The translations under genes and the position numbers were made by a program. Shown here piece by piece: positions 36,661 through 49,345 of a stretch of 64,000 nucleotides of DNA. The stretch covers positions 46,314,001-46,378,000 of the forward strand of contig NC_059437.1 of NCBI RefSeq assembly GCF_021028975.2. Reading direction: 5' to 3'. The notes under the pieces were generated by a model. The model ran no database searches. It saw only the letters and a list, made by a program, of their open reading frames with translations, and was not told the DNA's origin. Every line of letters begins with the position of its first letter. The first letter of the stretch is position 1. The stretch comes from Sphaerodactylus townsendi (taxonomy: Eukaryota).

Positions 36661-37186
36661 ACAGATTAATAATGTTCACTGGGGCACCTGTACCCCATCA
36701 CCACTGGCCTTCACCAGTCACAATGGACCTGTGTCTAAGGGACGGATGGTAGGCTTCACAGCAACCAAGATCCAGTCAACATGGGTTCCAGAAGAGACAG
36801 CTGAACTTAGGACCTGAAGATGGCCAAGGGGCCTCCAGTTCACTTACTGTATCACTATTGGCAGAGAGGTCTTGGCGGAGCAACAAGACTTTACCCACAA
36901 AACAGCTTGCAAAAGCCTCATAGCCTACTGCTGAATCACTAATGCTGTGGAATTCCTCTGAGGGAAGGAAAAGACCTAATTACACTAAATAACTGTATTG
37001 GATGAGATGCAGTGGAAGCTGGATAATATTCCTTGGGGGACATGTAAATAGTTTGTTGAAAAGCCACTGGCTGAGCTTACTGTGATGTCACTGAAGTTTC
37101 ATAAGCACTCAGAAGGACTTGTCAATAAGTTTTTGATTCTAATTTTTTAAAGGAAAGAAAGGATGAATGGAGGAAGAATTTATTAC

Positions 37187-37576
37187 CTGACTTGACTTTA
37201 TCGCTATTTCCTGCTTCAGTTGCTCCAACATGTCCGATGCTGCCTCGGCGCCTTCTCCTAAATGTTTGACTCCTTCGTTGAGGCCTTCTTTCCCTGCTTT
37301 CGCTACCTGCAGGGCCACCTCCAAGACGATCTTCTCATTCTGCAAAAACTGGATGGTCTCGTCCTTAGCAGCGGCCTCCCCCTGCAGGTCTCAGCCAGCC
37401 GAGGCCTCCGACGCCATCAGTGACTAAGCATCTGACCCCAGCGTCACCTCAGGGACTCCTCCATACTTGCGGGTCTGCAGCGTCTCTTGAGCAGAAGTCA
37501 GCTGCTTCATGAGATCCAGCTGCTCCTGTTGCAGAGCCTCCACCTGAAGATCTCGCTGATTCAGCGTCAATTTCAC
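37187..37576 (-). CDS. GOLGA3: GOLGA3 coding exon 10 (garbled +21 nt patch with two in-frame stops)
   Basis: actcag|GTG ... CAG|gtaata; 390 nt versus 369 expected from the human protein as I recall it; VKLTLNQRD...LQTR [garbled 37389-37468] LQGEAAAKDETIQFLQNEK...IKSSQ. Confidence 0.9.
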
Positions 37577-37712
37577 CTGAGTGGGACAAAATATGTTCGG
37601 ATTCTTTCCCCGGCACAAGCCCACCTGTGTCATCACCCCCATCGGGCAATTAAGATCCACAAGCAGGACTCTGCCCAACACACCATTACCTATGGAGACT
37701 GGACAGAGGGAG

Positions 37713-38005
37713 AAGGAAGAAGAGTTTGAATTTATACCCCACCTTTCTCTCCTGTAAGGAGACTCAAGGTGGCTTACAAGCTCCTTTCCCTTCCTCTCCT
37801 CACAACAGACACCTTGTGAGGTAGGTGGGGCTGAAAGAGTTCTGAGAGAACTGTCACTAGTCCAAGGTCACTCAGCAGGAATGTAGGAGTGTGGAAACAC
37901 ATCTGGTTCACCAGTTAAACCTCCGCCACTCAGGTGGAGGAGTGGGGAATCAAACCTGGTTCTCCAGATTAGAATCCACCTGCTCTTAACCACTACACCA
38001 CGCTG
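37713..38005 (-). mobile_element. Squam3-like SINE
   Basis: Family signature and reverse-complemented tRNA head (cttaaccactacacca). Confidence 0.85.
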
Positions 38006-38472
38006 GAAAGCTTTTCCTGGGGTGGGTCCCAAAGCTCTAGCTTGCAATTTGTTCTTTAAATTCCAAAGTTTTGTCACGGGTACATAGGAAAGAGAAACCA
38101 TAGTGATACCTCCTTATTAACTCACTCCCCCACCCCCCACCCCGGTTAATGAACTAAACTGTTTTACTGTTGCCAATTCCAGTATATTTTAAAGGGAACA
38201 AATGAAAGGTAACCAGGGTTATCTCCTCTGATTACTACAAGGGATGCTGGTGGCAGCAGCTAGGCACGGAGAAGGAGGAGACAACTTGAGCTGCCGCAGC
38301 CCACCAGCATTTTCCAAAGAGGTGTTAAGAAGCCTGCATCCCTGGCTTAAATCTGTATATTCCCTGCCTCCACTATTTAAAGCCAAAGATGGAAATTATG
38401 AATGAGTGAAGTAAAGGTTTCTACACTTGATTGCATTTCAGAGAGTCACTGGGATCTTCTAGTTCTGTCTAC

Positions 38473-38634
38473 CTGCTCTAGATCCTGCTCCAACGTTGCT
38501 GCAGAATCAGCCATTTTCCGTAGTTGTTCCTTCTCCTCCTCAAACTCTTCCAGCTTTCTCTGCAGGTCCTCTTCCACCATGCTCTTGGCCTCTTGGATCT
38601 GCAGAAAGGCTGCTTCCTGGTCTAACATGTCAAC
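38473..38634 (-). CDS. GOLGA3: GOLGA3 coding exon 9
   Basis: acacag|GTT ... CAG|gtagac; 162 nt; VDMLDQEAAFLQIQEAK...LEQDLEQ. Confidence 0.95.
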
Positions 38635-39045
38635 CTGTGTGAAAAAAGAAGCACTGAGCTCTGACATGTGGAAACTGCAATACTGCAGCTAATAAACAGG
38701 AAGTTGGAAATCAGAAAATGGTTTTACTCCAGTTCGGCCCTCTGATTTCCAAAGTGATCCAACTCTAATCAAAGTTGCTGAGCTTTGAAAATGATACTCC
38801 TTCAGAATGACCAGCATTGGTCTCAGATTATACACGGCAGAAAATGTCACTGTATGTAAAACACTTTCAAATAAGCATTTTCTTCCTGTGCATACAGTTA
38901 CACACAACTAAACTGCTAAACAAACATATACAAAAATATGCCATTTAACAGGCATCTTTTTGTGTAACTTTTTAGGTCACATGCCTTCCCATAAATGTTG
39001 GAAAACATTTGCAATGTGTCTACACAGCCTTCCTGCAAACCTCAC

Positions 39046-39183
39046 CTCGATGTTTTGCAGCTGGGAAGCTATTCGTTCCTTCTCTTTGATGGATCTGTGT
39101 TGAGTCTCCGTTAACTGATGAGAGAGCGTTACATTCTCTAACTTAAGGTGTTCCAGCAGTCCCACTTGGGTCATCTGCCCAGC
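39046..39183 (-). CDS. GOLGA3: GOLGA3 coding exon 8
   Basis: tcttag|GCT ... GAG|gtgagg; 138 nt; AGQMTQVGLLEHLKLEN...QLQNIE. Confidence 0.95.
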
Positions 39184-40198
39184 CTAAGAGAGATAAAAAA
39201 CAAAAAACAAAAGTAGCTATATGATAAGCATCCTAAATGCTCTTTAACAGTAATGAAAAAAAGGGGGATATTCAAACTAGTTGAGCATACGTTTTGTGTC
39301 CTCTCGCTCCAGCCTGAAGAAGAGATGACCCATTTTCCAATGTCAAAATTTGGCTTAGTTCAGACATCATGGCAAATCATGTTTTAAAAGCCTTATGTTT
39401 TGGTACCTCATGTTTTGGTATCTTGCCTGAACTGACCAACCATGGTTCACAATTGTTTGGCCAACCATGATATGAAGTGGGCCTTATTTACTTATTCCCA
39501 GTAGAGATCCAAAGAGGCTTCCATCATTCTCCTTGCCTCCATTTTATCCTCACAAAACCTCTGCAAGGTAGGATTAGGCCAAGAGTGTGTGACTTGCCCT
39601 AGTCTGGCATTCTAACCCCTACGCCACACCTGAAATGGTTATTCATGCTAACTATGGTTCCATCTGATATCTAAATTGACAAACCACAATTACGGTTGCT
39701 GCTCCACCTCCAGAGGTCAAAGGAATGAATTGATGATCAGATGGGAAATGAAAAGAACTGTGCAGCTTTAAACCGTGGCTTGCTTGTCCATTGAGAAGTG
39801 CAAACCAAGGTTTGGGTTCTAAACTACCACTAAGACAAACCAAGCTTAGGTGAGATGTCTGACCTGAGCCTTTGCGTGTGGCATATTTCGGTTTTTTAAG
39901 TGATATGGAAGCTCCTTAACAACGTTGATGCCTCAGAACCAAGTGACTCTGTGTGTGTGTGTAAAAGTGTGAATATACACACATACGTACACAACTAAAC
40001 ATTACAGTGGTTTCTGACATCCCAGTCTAAAGGTTTAGACAGACAAGGGGGAATGGGGAGTGTTTTAGAAAGATTTGGATCTGGGATAGTCTGGTATGTT
40101 CCCTTGAGTGACTCTTATCCTGGCATCCACAAGGGTTAAGGGAGAGGGCCCAGTGTATTCTGCGAAGTGCCATAGATTTGCAGTTGAAAAATTAGTCA

Positions 40199-40502
40199 GG
40201 AGGAGGAGGAAGAAAAAGAAGAGTTGGATTTATATCCCCCCTTTCTCGCCTGTAAGGAGACTCAAAGAGGTTTACAAACTCCTTTCCCTCCCCCCCTCAC
40301 AACAAACACACTGTGAGGTAAGTGCAGCTGAGAGAGCTCCAGAGAACTGTGACTAGCCCAAGGTCACCCAGCTAGCATGTGTTGGAGTGCACAAGCTAAT
40401 CTAGTTCACTAGATAAGCCTCCACAGCTCAAGTGGCAGAGCAGGGAATCAAACCCAGTTCTCCAGATTAGAGTGCACCTGCTCTTAACCACTACACCACA
40501 CT
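40199..40502 (-). mobile_element. Squam3-like SINE, 14 bp from a GOLGA3 donor site
   Basis: Full-length family copy. Confidence 0.85.
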
Positions 40503-40515
40503 GACCTATACTGAC

Positions 40516-40718
40516 CTGTATGTTTGCCATCTCACTCTGCAGCCTAACCCTCGCCTCCTGAGCCACAGCCAACTGCTGCTGGTACCACTGCCGAACTTTC
40601 TGTAGTGAAGCAATCTCTGCTTGAGACGATTTCAGCTTGTTGGTTAATGTTGTGCGGTCCAACTGCACCTGTTGGAGCTGGCTTTGCAAATAGGAAAGCT
40701 GTTGTCGGAGGTCTTGAA
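40516..40718 (-). CDS. GOLGA3: GOLGA3 coding exon 7
   Basis: ctttag|TT ... CAG|gtcagt; 203 nt; QDLRQQ...VRQWYQQQLAVAQEARVRLQSEMANIQ. Confidence 0.95.
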
Positions 40719-41410
40719 CTAAAGAACCCAGGAGAAAAAAATTTAAAGGTGGGGTTAGAACAAACTAATGTGCCTTATGAAAGCATGAGCTTCCCCTAGA
40801 AAGTTCACATTTGGCTGCTGGAAGAAGAGATTAACACATATTTCTTGTACATGAGCAAATACTGTACTCCCTGGCCATAAACTATGGGTTGTTCACCAGA
40901 GTTTGTTGTAAACTATAGTTTGCAATCAACAACAGCAAAAAGACCCATCTGCATAGCAAAAATCTATCCACTACCATCATGGGCACTACCATCGTGGCCA
41001 TGTTCTCCTACCACCCAGCCATCAAAGTAGCAGGTAAGTAGCATCAGGATTTCATGGTACAGCAGCCTCTCAGCTTTGGATGGAGGCAGGGACCCCCTAA
41101 AAAACTGTGCCTCCATGTGAAGGCATGCACTCCGTTCATATGGCTGGGACCATGGGACATATGGCCATCTATGGGACAGCCAGCCATGCGAATGCACCGA
41201 GGTAAGGACGGGTTTGTGTAACCTGTCTTTCACCCATGTTTATTGGCCTGTGTGGAAAGGGCCACTGTTGCCATGGTTTTAATCCTGTTTTCTGCTACTA
41301 CACTTTATTCCTTTTATGATGACTTTCATAATGCCATGAATTACCTCAAGAGCTGTGTGACAGGAGGAGATAGCATCAACAATATTGAAGAGAACCATGC
41401 AGGTACCCAC

Positions 41411-41717
41411 CTGTGCTATCCTTGCTAAGGACATTTTTCTGCATGTCCTCCACTTTCCCCATGAGTCTTTGGTATTGCTCCTCAGCCACACGCAAATCAT
41501 TGCTAGAGGCAGCCAGGCTGGCGTTCTTGGCCTCCAAGGCGGTCTGCAACTCCACCATGGCTTGCTCCAGGTCCCAGCAAGACTGTTTCAAAGTGGCGAC
41601 CTCCAAGTTCAGGGAGTGCTGCTTCTGCTGGCTGCTTTGACTGTGTTCCATCTGGGTCTGAAGCTTCATGTTCAAAGCGGCAAGCTGAGTCTGCAATTCC
41701 GTCTTTTCTTTAAGAGC
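41411..41717 (-). CDS. GOLGA3: GOLGA3 coding exon 6
   Basis: attcag|GCT ... G|gtgggt; 307 nt; ALKEKTELQ...LKQSCWDLE...SKDST. Confidence 0.95.
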
Positions 41718-41789
41718 CTGAATAAAACCATGTTGTTGTTTTTTAAATGACGGTTCCAGAGGACATGAAAAATCCAAGTAGATTTAGAT

Positions 41790-42293
41790 CAGGGGTCTGC
41801 AACCTGCGGCTCCGGAGCCGCATGTGGCTCTTTCAGCCTTATACTGTGGCTCCGCGTGGCCTGGAGGTCCAGAGCAGCCGCCATCCCCCCTCTGCCATCC
41901 CAACAGCCGCCATCCCCCCTCTGCCCCACGGAGCAGGCAGCTGCCTGAAAGGGCCACTGTTGCCATGGTTTTAATCCTGTTTTGTGCTACTACTGATCCG
42001 TCAGGCAGAAGGGGTTTCCCTGCCCGGTGCCGCTGACTCCCACAGCACAAGAGGTGGCGGCACCGGGCAGGCTGCAGTCGCCATCCCTCCTCTGTCCTAT
42101 GGAGCAGGCAGCTGCCTGCTCTGTCAGGCAGTGGGGGTTTCCCTGCCCAGCACCTCCGCCTCCCAGCACTGTAGGGAAAGTTGAGTGGAGGGGCCGAACT
42201 GGAGGCGGCTCCGCTCTCTGGCTCGATAGATCTTCAGGGCCATGGAAAATGGGTCCAAATGGCTCTTTGGGTGGTAAAGGTTGCCGACCCCTC
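41790..42293. mobile_element. Non-autonomous hAT element (504 bp) with internal GC-rich repeats
   Basis: TIR caggggtctgcaacct...aggttgccgacccctc; 8-bp TSD atttagat. Confidence 0.85.
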
Positions 42294-43301
42294 ATTTAGA
42301 TGTTTCAGATCAGATGTTCCTTCTTCAGAGTTTTCCTTAAACTCTGCTATCCCATGCAATGCTTTAATAACTTCCCACTCTTCGACCCTCAACCTCAACC
42401 AAGCTCACGGCAGCATTCAAACATAACAACAGGCCATGGTTATAAGGATGTTCAGATGTTCCCTTTAGTTTTCTGTCATATACAGCTTGGTAGCTGAAAG
42501 GTCTTTCTGATTTGCGACAAACTGCAGTTTGCAACAAACCATGGCTTGCAAGCAAGAAGCAAACAAACCATAGTTACATAGTAACGTAAAGACTAATGAG
42601 TTAGAATGGCAGAAGTGCTGACAATGAAAAATAGTAGACAACTTTATCATAAAGAATGGTGAAAAGTAGCTCTCAGTCATAAGTGCTTTACAAATCTGAA
42701 TCCGAATGAGGGAACAAAAGACTGTTTCTAAGGGTCGTTGATAGTTTTTGTGGACTTGTGAACATACTGCATTTGACAAACTGTGGGATACATCTGACTC
42801 AGGAAACTATGTGAGCTCTTTTTCCATATTAACTGTGCAATGGAGGAATATACTAAATCACTTTCCCACTGAAAGCCAGGCATATGCACCAGGAGTCCCC
42901 AACCTTTTTAAGTGTGAGGGCACATTTGGGAATTCTGACATGGCATAGTGGACTGTAAATTTGGTTTAATGGCAACTTTGTTTTGCACACAAAATAAATC
43001 ATGTGATTGTTACAGGTCCAGATATACAAGACACAAGTACCTTCACAGACAGTGGAAATGATTGAGGAATGCTGGTCATTTGTCACTGGGCAAAAAGAAG
43101 TGATTCATGATGAAACGACGCATCAAAGCAGCATGAAAACCACAGAGCAAGCACAGGGGAAATATATGCTAGACAGGCAGACTCTCCTTGGGCATCCAGG
43201 CGTAACTGTACAGTTCTTTTAATCTCAATTTCTGTATTTTAAGCACCATACAAGGGGATTCTTTAGTAAACCTCAATCCTTTAAAAGACAACATTTTGTA
43301 C

Positions 43302-43413
43302 CTCATTGGCTTCTAACGACAGTGCTTCTAGTTGGCCTTCCAGCCTCATCTTCTCTTTGAGGACCTGCAACATTTCATCGTGTGTGCCCGCAATGGAGCT
43401 TTCCATCGATATA
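43302..43413 (-). CDS. GOLGA3: GOLGA3 coding exon 5
   Basis: ccccag|T ... GAG|gtacaa; 112 nt; ISMESSIAGTHDEMLQVLKEKMRLEGQLEALSLEANE. Confidence 0.95.
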
Positions 43414-44697
43414 CTGGGGAGAGACAAAGCCCAAAGCTGTACACATGACTTCAATGTATACCTGGTGCTATTTATATGCACTGCATGCATGTCACAAAAG
43501 CAACGTCTCTGTCGCCTACTCATTATATACTTCCGAGACAAACTGATGTCCTGATATAAGTAGCAAAGCTACACCAGGGAAACGTGGCTCCAGTTTAGCT
43601 TACTCTGCAGTGATATACTTTAAAAAGGAGGAACTTGCTTCCAAAAAGCAGAATAGTTATACCAATAACAAACCTTAGTCAAGTGCAACATATTGGGGAG
43701 ATTTCTACAATAAACACTTAACAGTGTCAGGAATGGAGCCTGGTGATTGAGGGACACTCCTATGTAACCTGATTGACAGGCAACCTGAGTGATATGTAAA
43801 GGGACTTTCTCTTTCTCTTCCACTCTCTATTCTGATCTTCATGGCTTTAACATGGATTGTAGATAACTAAGCAAGTGACCCTGGCAAGTCATTCTTCAGG
43901 GAAACAGGATGTGCCCGTTGTCCTGAGGGGGGAGGTGAGCCAGGTGGCTGCATCTATCCCTATCGCAACCTTGAGGTGTCTAAGCCTCCAAACAACTCTC
44001 TTCACCCTTTCTTTGGGAAAACAGGAGGGGGGGTGTGTGAGGTTAAAGGGACCCAGGAAAGCCACGTCTGGCAGAACTGGCTTTCTCAAGCTGGGTATTT
44101 TCAATAAACGCTGCTGATCAAGAATCCAGAGTCTGTTTATTGGCTAAAGGTCCAAGACCTAACCAACAGGTATGAAGAGGACAGATGAGGATTTAAAGAT
44201 AGGAAGTCGAAGTTCTGTAATGGCCCCATAAATATAGCATTGGACAACCCAGTGTACCATCCAGCCCACTGACTGGGTCGATCACAAGTGAAGTCATCTT
44301 GAAGAATTAATGCACGTGGCTCACAGTTCTACTGCTGGAAATGAACAGATGCAGATCCTTTGGAATCCTGACTTGAAAGAGGAACTTATCTCTCTGCAGA
44401 GCCTGGACCTATTGATTTCAATGTAGCAGTGGTTGCAAACTGCATTCTGGGAATCCCTGGGGTTTCCTGGACCCTTCCTGGGGGATTCCTCAACGAGAAG
44501 GTCAGCAACGGCAGGCAGGTTTCCCCTGCTACTGCCGAAGTTTAATGCAGGAGCACGATGTGTGCATTCTCTGGCTCAGTAGGGCAGAACTGCAATGAGA
44601 GTTCACCAGAACATGGTGCAAACTAACTTTCACACCCAGTGGCCATGTCCCAGAAACTTCCACAATGCACATGGAGGTGGCAGACAAGTTAATGCAG

Positions 44698-45361
44698 GAG
44701 GAGGAGGAGGAGGAGGAGGAGGAAGAAGAAGAGTTTGGATTTATATCCCCCCTTTCTCTCCTGCAGGAGACTCAAAGGGGCTTACAATCTCCTTGCCCTT
44801 CCCCCCTCACAACAAACACCCTGTGAGGTAGGTGGGGCTGAGAGAGCTCCGAGAAGCTGTGACTAGCCCAAGGTCACCCAGCTGGCGTGTGTGGGAGTGT
44901 ACAGGCTAATCTGAATTCCCCAGATAAGCCTCCACAGCTCAGGCAGCAGAGTTGGGAATCAAACCCGGTTCCTCCAGATTAGATACACGAGCTCTTAACC
45001 TCCTACGCCACTGCTGCTCCTAGAAGGAGGAGGAGGAGGAGGAGGAGGAGGAGGAGGAGGAGGAGGAGGAGGAGAAAAGTTGGATTTACATCCCCCTTTC
45101 TCTATTGTAAGGAGACTCAGGGTGGCTTACAAACTCCTTTTCCTTCCTCTCCCCACAACAAACACCCTGAGGGAAAGGTGCAGCCGAGAGAGTTCCGAAG
45201 AACTGTGACTAGCCCAAGGTCACCCAACAGGAATGTGTTGTAGTGCACAAGCTAATCTGGTTCCCCAGATAAGCCTCCACAGCTCAAGTGGCAGAGCGGG
45301 GAATCAAACCTTGTTCTCCAGATTAGAGTGCACCTGCTCTTCACCACTACACAACGCTGGC
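44698..45361 (-). mobile_element. Two head-to-tail Squam3-like SINEs (44698-45021, 45023-45361) with (GGA)n tails
   Basis: Two subfamily variants in tandem; (GGA)n run at ~45026-45074. Confidence 0.85.
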
Positions 45362-45421
45362 CCAGGATCCTGCCAACAACAAGGAGCTCAAGATTAGAAA
45401 ATTATCGCATTGTGTTCTTAC

Positions 45422-46104
45422 CTACTGGAGAGGCTGTCTCTCCGGCTCCTCACCTCCCCATTTAGCTCCTGTTCCTGGCTATGATGCTCTGATGCAGCAG
45501 CCTGTAACACTTCCCGGATGGAAGGAAACTGTCCGACGGTGTCCAAAGAAATCTCCTGGCCGTTTTCAGTGAACGAAACGCCCGGCTTGCTTTCCATGAT
45601 GAGTAAAGTGCTGTGCGGACTCCTGCCAGAGACACTGCTGTAGGTGGAACTATCGCTCTCATTGCCATCTAGTCTCATTCCCACATCACTTCCGTCAATT
45701 TCCGACACACTATCTTCCGCCAAGGAGGAGTTCTCCAGGCGATCATCTGGGTCAGGGGTCAGCCTGATCTCAGACACAACTGAAGTCTGGCTGTTTATGT
45801 TTTGCCTTAGAGAAGAACTGGACGAATCAGCAGCTGGACCTGTCCCACCTGTGCTTCCCTCTGCATCATTGGTTCTGTAGTCAGCCAGGGATCGGATCTT
45901 GCTTGACCGTGAAGATCTGGAACTCTTCCTGTCTTTAGACTGCACTGGAAGGCCCAGGCTTCCCAGTTTAGGTCCCCGTGGGACACTGGTCCGCAAGAAG
46001 GAGTATTCTTTCGTCATAGCTACAGTGCTGGCCCTTGGCAAGATTTCTGGGTTTAACATTAACTCAGGATCGAGTGTACTGGAGGGGCGGGTTTTAGACA
46101 GCTT
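45422..46104 (-). CDS. GOLGA3: GOLGA3 coding exon 4
   Basis: ttccgtag|AAG ... AG|gtaaga; 683 nt, phase 0-2; TLDPELMLNPEILPRAST...NGEVRSRRDSLS. Confidence 0.94.
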
Positions 46105-46658
46105 CTACGGAAGAGTAGAATAAGAGAAAAAAATTCTAGATCATTCAAAAATTGGATCGGGAACCAATTAAAAATCTTTTACAGTGCTGTGCCATAAACA
46201 GAAGTGTCTGCTTGTTGTTAGAAGGAAAAGCCAGGATTTGTGTTAATTCAGGGATTTGGAGCACACCAAAACCAATACAATTCCATAAAACAAACAAGTT
46301 CAAGACCCATCAGCAATGACATTAACATTTCAGATTCTACGGGACCTAAAAGAAAGCCAGAGCTAACAAGATGCTGTCTGATTGGATTGTGAGCAACAAA
46401 ACTACTTCAGAGAGGCAGCACTGTTTGGAAATACCAAGATTTTCCCCATCAACCCAGGGAGAGAAGAACAGCTACAATCAAGTCAGCCATCTCCAGCTTT
46501 CCATGCACGGATTTTATAAAGTTATGTTTCCCCTCAAAAACACAGAAAGTTAATAGGAACACCTGAGAGTTATATCAAAAGGAAACTATACAGCAGCACT
46601 GGCACTGTTCATGTCTATCAGGTTTGGGTGGGAAACTGTCCTTGGGGTCTTATTAGAA

Positions 46659-47161
46659 CAGTGATGGTGAACCTTTTCGAGACCGAGTGCCCAAACTGCA
46701 ACCCCAAACCCGCTTATTTATCGCAAAGTGCCAACATGGCAATTTAACCTGAATACTGAGGTTTTAGTATATTAAAAACGGTTGGCTCCAAGGCGCGCAT
46801 TACTCGGGAGTAAGCTTGGTAATAGTCGGTGGCTTTGCTTTGAAGCAACTGTGCAACGCTTCGAACAGGTGAATCACAACCCTAGGAGGGTTTACTCAGA
46901 AGCAAACCCCATTGCCAGCAACCAAGCTTACTTCCAGGTAAAAGATCACGCTTTCGTTCTTCCCATGAAATTCAGTAGGGTTTAACAGCGCTTAACAGGG
47001 TTACCTACACTGCTTCCTCAAAACTAGGTCTTAGGTTTAATGCTAATAATCTCCCTGAAATAATTACACTATTAGCACATGACGAACTCTGTGCACGTGT
47101 GCCCACAGAGAGGGCTCTGAGTGCCACCTCTGGCACCTGTGCCATAGGTTCGCCACCACTG
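46659..47161. mobile_element. Non-autonomous hAT element (503 bp)
   Basis: TIR cagtgatggtgaacct...aggttcgccaccactg; perfect 8-bp TSD tattagaa. Confidence 0.88.
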
Positions 47162-47219
47162 TATTAGAATATAGCCACAATAGAAATCAAAACAGAGAAT
47201 CTAGCCCCAAGTTTCTTAC

Positions 47220-47332
47220 TCTCTCCTGATGCCTTTTCACACGGTACTGTTTCAGCTGCTCTTCTAGGCGCCTTCTGGCCTGAAGCCTGATCTGTTCTTC
47301 CCTCTCCAACGGGAGAGAAGAATCGGAGGAAC
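47220..47332 (-). CDS. GOLGA3: GOLGA3 coding exon 3
   Basis: atgcag|GT ... AGA|gtaaga; 113 nt; LPLEREEQIRLQARRRLEEQLKQYRVKRHQER. Confidence 0.95.
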
Positions 47333-49044
47333 CTGCATCACAAAAAAAGAAGCTTCCAATACTTGTTACGTGGGTGGTTTCTGCACGCCTCAATCACATC
47401 GTTCAGCGTATTTTCTTTCGTAATTAGTATTTTACTACGAAAGAACGAGGAGTTAGGGAGGCGGTAAAGAGAGAACAAAGGCCAGAGATGGGCGAGATGG
47501 ATGCTGTTTTAATGAAACTGCTTAAGTTGAACTCATTGGAAGGAGGGTAAGCCACACCACAGACTCATGAAACCACACTCTGAGCCTGCTTAAGATGGAG
47601 CGGCATCGGGAGGTCACAGGGACTGCCAACAGTCAGCAGAGATAAATATAAAACCAAAGGGGAATGACTTCTTCAATGCTAATAAAACAGTTTGACTAGC
47701 CTACAGATCACAATTTTACAAGCAAACCTGAAAGCGTTAGTTTTCTATCACACCACTGGTATGAAAAGCAATTTAATTGTTCATTTTTTAAACTCTGAAA
47801 ACCACCTTTGTTCGTCTTTAAAACCACCAACCTGGGAGGTAGAACATTAGGGTAATTCAACAGATGGGGACAGATAGATAGACAAAGATGGCGGCGGGCC
47901 ACCCACCAAGTCCAGCAGTAAGCAGAGATTCTAACACAGATTTCCTGGCTTTTGACTGCCAGCTCAGTGCCTTCCAGCCAGGCGGATATACGTACAGGAG
48001 GACTAAGAGGTGTGATGCCCTCCCCCTACAAATTCATGCATTAAAGTAAAACATGCAACATTCATAAGATGAACATACTAACACACTGCAAGTGGAGGTG
48101 TCGTGCCAGCCCACCGAAACCCCCAGTACCACTGTGCAAGCATTGCTATCTTAAACTTACGGCACTTCCAAGCAACATGTAAGAATGCCCTCCGTGTTAC
48201 GGGCCCTGCCTGCTTCAAGAACCCAACCCACAGGACAAATCGACTGAAAACTTTTATGGTGTTATGTTTTAGGTTTCAGTTTGTAAGGGACCTTGAGAAG
48301 GCTCTGTGGGGAGGTGGAGAGGAAATAATCCAAATAAATAAATACGTTGCTGTCATGGTTAGATGCTATTGGGATTAGAAATTAATCCCATGCCAGTGCT
48401 GAACCTGACATAGTTTGATGTCATAGGAAACACCGTACTAAACAAAATGTTCTTCCTTTGTCTTTTGCACACAGTTGGCTGCATTCAGACCACCCAAACA
48501 AAGTGGAGCTTGAATGCAGTGGGGACAAGCTTGCTTTATTTTTCCACTTTTCCCTTCTTCCTGCTCCCATCATGTGCACAGCTGTGATGAAGACTTCCTG
48601 GATTGATCAAGTTGCCAAATCTAGGCATCTTAACCAATTTCAGTGTCTTCCTTTCCCAGTAACCAGCATTCTAAACCATGGTGCGTTCCTGGCAGAGAAT
48701 CCCAGTTCCTAAGAATTAAATAAATTTGGTCATTACAGAACACTGGCATTAGATGGAAGCCTTTTTAAAACCAGGAAATCTTCAACTGAAGCACTGTGCA
48801 TGAGGAAAGGAGAGAGAGAACGTGTGAGCCAAAGAAAAGGTCAAGTTTGTGCTCACCACAAATACATTCTGATTTCTTTGTGAGATGCAAACAGACCTTA
48901 TGCTTGTAATAACAACGCCCAAGCCAACAAAAACTGGCAGGCAGCTGTGTTATTCTACCAGGGGGAAAAAAAACTCTAAAAGGAGCAACAAAAAGTAATG
49001 AAATGTTAGGGAGTAAGCTTTCTAGTTTCCCTGAATTCTTCTTG

Positions 49045-49345
49045 AGAGCCAGTGTGGTGTAGTGGTTAAGAGCAGGTACACTCTAATCTGGAGAACCGGG
49101 TTTGATTCCCCACTCTGCCACATGAGCTGTGGAGGCTTATCTGGTAACCAAATTAACTTGTCACCTCCAACACATGCCAGCTGGGTGATTTTGGGCTAGT
49201 CACAGTTCTTCAGAGCTCTCTCAGCCCCACCCACTTCACAGGGTGTTTGTTGTGGGGGTGGGGGAAGGGAAAGTAGATTGTAAACCCTTTTGAGTCTCCT
49301 TACAGGAGAGAAAGGGAAGATATAAATCCAAACTCTTCTTCTTCT
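49045..49345 (+). mobile_element. Squam3-like tRNA-derived SINE
   Basis: A box tggtgtagtgg, B box gggtttgattccc, (CTT)n tail. Confidence 0.85.
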
